From IMG/VR virus record IMGVR_UViG_3300047462_000172: DNA of 64,000 nt. One strand, written 5' to 3'. Below are positions 61,930 through 64,000 of this stretch, piece by piece. Origin of the DNA: a virus. Numbering within the stretch: the stretch's first letter is position 1; each line of letters starts with the position of its first letter. Position numbers and translations under genes: made by a program. Below the pieces are notes generated by a model that saw nothing but the letters and a program-made list of their open reading frames with translations, had not been told where the DNA came from and did not search any database.

Positions 61930-63342
61930 ATGAACATTCTGAATTTAATTCTCAACACAGACTCTTATAAGCCATCACATTGGCTTCAATACCCTGAAGG
62001 TGCAACCAATCAATTCTCGTACATCGAATCTCGAGGTGGAGAACATCCTTCAACCGTACTATTTGGTCCGCAGACCTTCTTCAAGGAAGTTCTATCAAAG
62101 CAGATTAACATTAATGACATTGATGAAGCTGAAGCATTTATTAATGCTCACATCGGTCCAGGAATCTTCAATCGCAAAGGATGGTTTCACATACTTGATA
62201 AGTATGATGGTTTCCTTCCTGTTCGTATATGTGCAGTACCTGAAGGTACTGTTGTCCCAACAGGGAATATTCTTCTTTCAATCGAATTGACACCAGAAGC
62301 GGAAGCAGATGGTAATTTAGTATGGTTAGTTTCCTACCTTGAGACTGCATTGCTTCGTGCTGTGTGGTACGGTACAACCGTTGCAACGAATTCGTATGCA
62401 ATGAAGCAGACAATCAAGAAGTACCTTGAGATGACTGGTGATCCTTCACTACTTCCTTTCAAGCTACACGACTTTGGTGCACGTGGTGTTAGCTCTTTTG
62501 AAAGTGCTGGCATTGCTGGAGCTGCTCACTTAGTAAACTTCATGGGAAGTGATACGATCACTGGTGTGCTCTATGCTCAGAAATACTACAACACCAAAGA
62601 GATGGTTGCATTCTCTATCCCTGCTGCCGAACATAGCACAATGACAAGTTGGGGTGGTCGTGAAGGTGAAGTGAAGGCAATGGAGAACATGATTAATAAG
62701 TTCTCAAAGCCTGGTTCATTGTATGCAGTAGTTAGTGATAGCTACGATATCTACAACGCAATCATTCAGCACTGGGGAACTACTCTAAAGCACAAAGTAC
62801 AGAAGCATGGTGGAACATTGGTTGTTCGTCCTGATTCAGGAAACCCTATTGAAGTTACGCTTCGTTGTGTGCAATTGCTTGCGGAGAAGTTTAGTTGCTC
62901 TGTTAATGACAAAGGCTACAAGGTCCTCAACCCATGTGTTCGCTTGATACAAGGCGATGGTATTGATGGCGCAATGATCGAGAAGATTCTTGCAAACTTC
63001 GCTAAGCATGGCTTCTCTGCTGACAATATAAATTTTGGGTGCGGAGGAGGACTACTCCAAAAAGTAGATAGAGATACCCTTCGATTTGCAATGAAATGTA
63101 GTTCTATGAAGGTGAATGGTGAATGGATTGATGTATTCAAAGATCCAATCACTGATACCATAAAAAAATCCAAAAAGGGACGCTTGGATCTAGTACGAGA
63201 TGACTATACAGGCGAGTATAGAACTGTTCGAGAAGGTACCGCACGCAGTGAAGAACTTTCGCAACTGGTGCCTGTATTTGAAAATGGTAAGATTCTTAAG
63301 GAATACACATTCGTAGAAGTGCGTGCTAACTCGGAGAAGTAA
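61930..63342 (+). CDS. nadV: Nicotinamide phosphoribosyltransferase (NAMPT)
   Basis: 'LNTDSYKPSH', 'KLHDFGARG', 'SIPAAEHS', 'VVSDSYD', 'VRPDSG', 'IQGDG', 'KKSKKGRL'. Own TTGACA-17-TATAAT promoter. Confidence 0.95.
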   Translation: MNILNLILNTDSYKPSHWLQYPEGATNQFSYIESRGGEHPSTVLFGPQTFFKEVLSKQININDIDEAEAFINAHIGPGIFNRKGWFHILDKYDGFLPVRICAVPEGTVVPTGNILLSIELTPEAEADGNLVWLVSYLETALLRAVWYGTTVATNSYAMKQTIKKYLEMTGDPSLLPFKLHDFGARGVSSFESAGIAGAAHLVNFMGSDTITGVLYAQKYYNTKEMVAFSIPAAEHSTMTSWGGREGEVKAMENMINKFSKPGSLYAVVSDSYDIYNAIIQHWGTTLKHKVQKHGGTLVVRPDSGNPIEVTLRCVQLLAEKFSCSVNDKGYKVLNPCVRLIQGDGIDGAMIEKILANFAKHGFSADNINFGCGGGLLQKVDRDTLRFAMKCSSMKVNGEWIDVFKDPITDTIKKSKKGRLDLVRDDYTGEYRTVREGTARSEELSQLVPVFENGKILKEYTFVEVRANSEK

Positions 63343-63646
63343 TATTATGGTCGTTAAATCTATTACACCTAAAGAAGCGAAAGCGTTAAAAACCTTTCCT
63401 GATAAGATAATTGAAACTTGGAATCAAATCATTATAGAGAAGTGCAAAGATGGACATGCTGTTATACATCAAAATGATATTGCACGACGTTTGGCTGCTG
63501 CTATGGATATCACAACCAACAAAGTCTATGAGACAGGATGGTTGGATATAGAAAATTTCTATCGAAAGGCTGGATGGAAAGTAGAGTACGATCGTCCTGG
63601 CTATAATGAAACATACCCTGCTACATATGAATTTTCGGGGACGTAA
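63323..63646 (+). CDS. Hypothetical protein
   Basis: Follows nadV; 'YRKAGWKVEYDRPGYNETY'. Confidence 0.65.
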   Translation: MLTRRSNIMVVKSITPKEAKALKTFPDKIIETWNQIIIEKCKDGHAVIHQNDIARRLAAAMDITTNKVYETGWLDIENFYRKAGWKVEYDRPGYNETYPATYEFSGT

Positions 63647-63648
63647 AA

Positions 63649-63975
63649 ATGTCATTTAAGATTTTCAAATATCCATTGCCTGTTAAGGAAACATTCACGC
63701 TCGATCTACCTGATGATGCTGAGATCATTCGTGTAGATGACGTTGATGGACATTTTTGGTTGTGGGCAATCGTTAATACGGATCCAACAATACCAACAAA
63801 GACACGATATTTTGAGAACTACAAGACTGGGCAGGAGTTTAAAACCAATCCTCGCTACTTGAAGTACCTTGGAATGGTAAAGATGTTTATCATGCAAGAA
63901 CTTGCTCTGTATGTGTTTGAAAACATCTCTACTGTTCGTCCGTTTACAGAACCTGACGATCAAGGCACTACTTAA
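63649..63975 (+). CDS. Hypothetical beta-rich protein
   Basis: 'IFKYPL...LP..AEII' start. Confidence 0.65.
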   Translation: MSFKIFKYPLPVKETFTLDLPDDAEIIRVDDVDGHFWLWAIVNTDPTIPTKTRYFENYKTGQEFKTNPRYLKYLGMVKMFIMQELALYVFENISTVRPFTEPDDQGTT

Positions 63976-64000
63976 TCATGAAATATGGGCAACTTCCTAC

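Noticed and set aside
1-64000. Stop-codon reassignment, as in some jumbo phages
   Set aside because: Long conserved genes (rIIA, helicases, guaC, nadV) are intact in code 11. TAG and TGA both end genes that are followed by new cassette headers.
1-64000. Diversity-generating retroelement or retron
   Set aside because: No reverse-transcriptase YxDD protein, and no template/variable repeat pair with adenine-specific mismatches.

Overview
A 64-kb fragment of a large lytic tailed dsDNA phage of the T4-like or jumbo myovirus type, with a Gram-negative, probably proteobacterial host. Support for this: rIIA/rIIB genes, sigma70-type TTGACN-16..18-TATAAT promoters, T4-like late TA(T)AAATA boxes and AGGAGA ribosome-binding sites. 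The window has three parts. (1) 1-14.3 kb is a rightward, AT-richer block: GNAT-like gene, RibD-type deaminase, two QueD paralogues, rIIA, rIIB with a NUMOD1 tail, a PilZ protein and zinc ribbons. (2) About 14.7-45.2 kb is a GC-richer accessory block with two divergent arms. The leftward arm holds more than 60 tiny genes, many with their own repeated promoter/RBS cassette, and includes a protein kinase, TraR/DksA, two bL12-CTD-like proteins, a VPEID/PEP-CTERM-like exported protein and a family sharing a C-terminal 'AGASTYY' helical module. The rightward arm holds an apparently dissected Type-ISP-like set (helicase, MTase-TRD, Mrr-type nuclease, MTase N-half), a second SF2 helicase, DUF932 and SprT. 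(3) 47.2-64 kb is rightward again: small membrane proteins, GH108 endolysin, metallophosphoesterase, candidate internal head proteins, intein-containing GMP reductase, AAA ATPase, NadM-Nudix plus NAMPT (NAD+ salvage, NARP2-type) and a lytic transglycosylase. No tRNA, rRNA, CRISPR array or reverse transcriptase could be supported. All family assignments come from motif recognition by eye, not from database searches.
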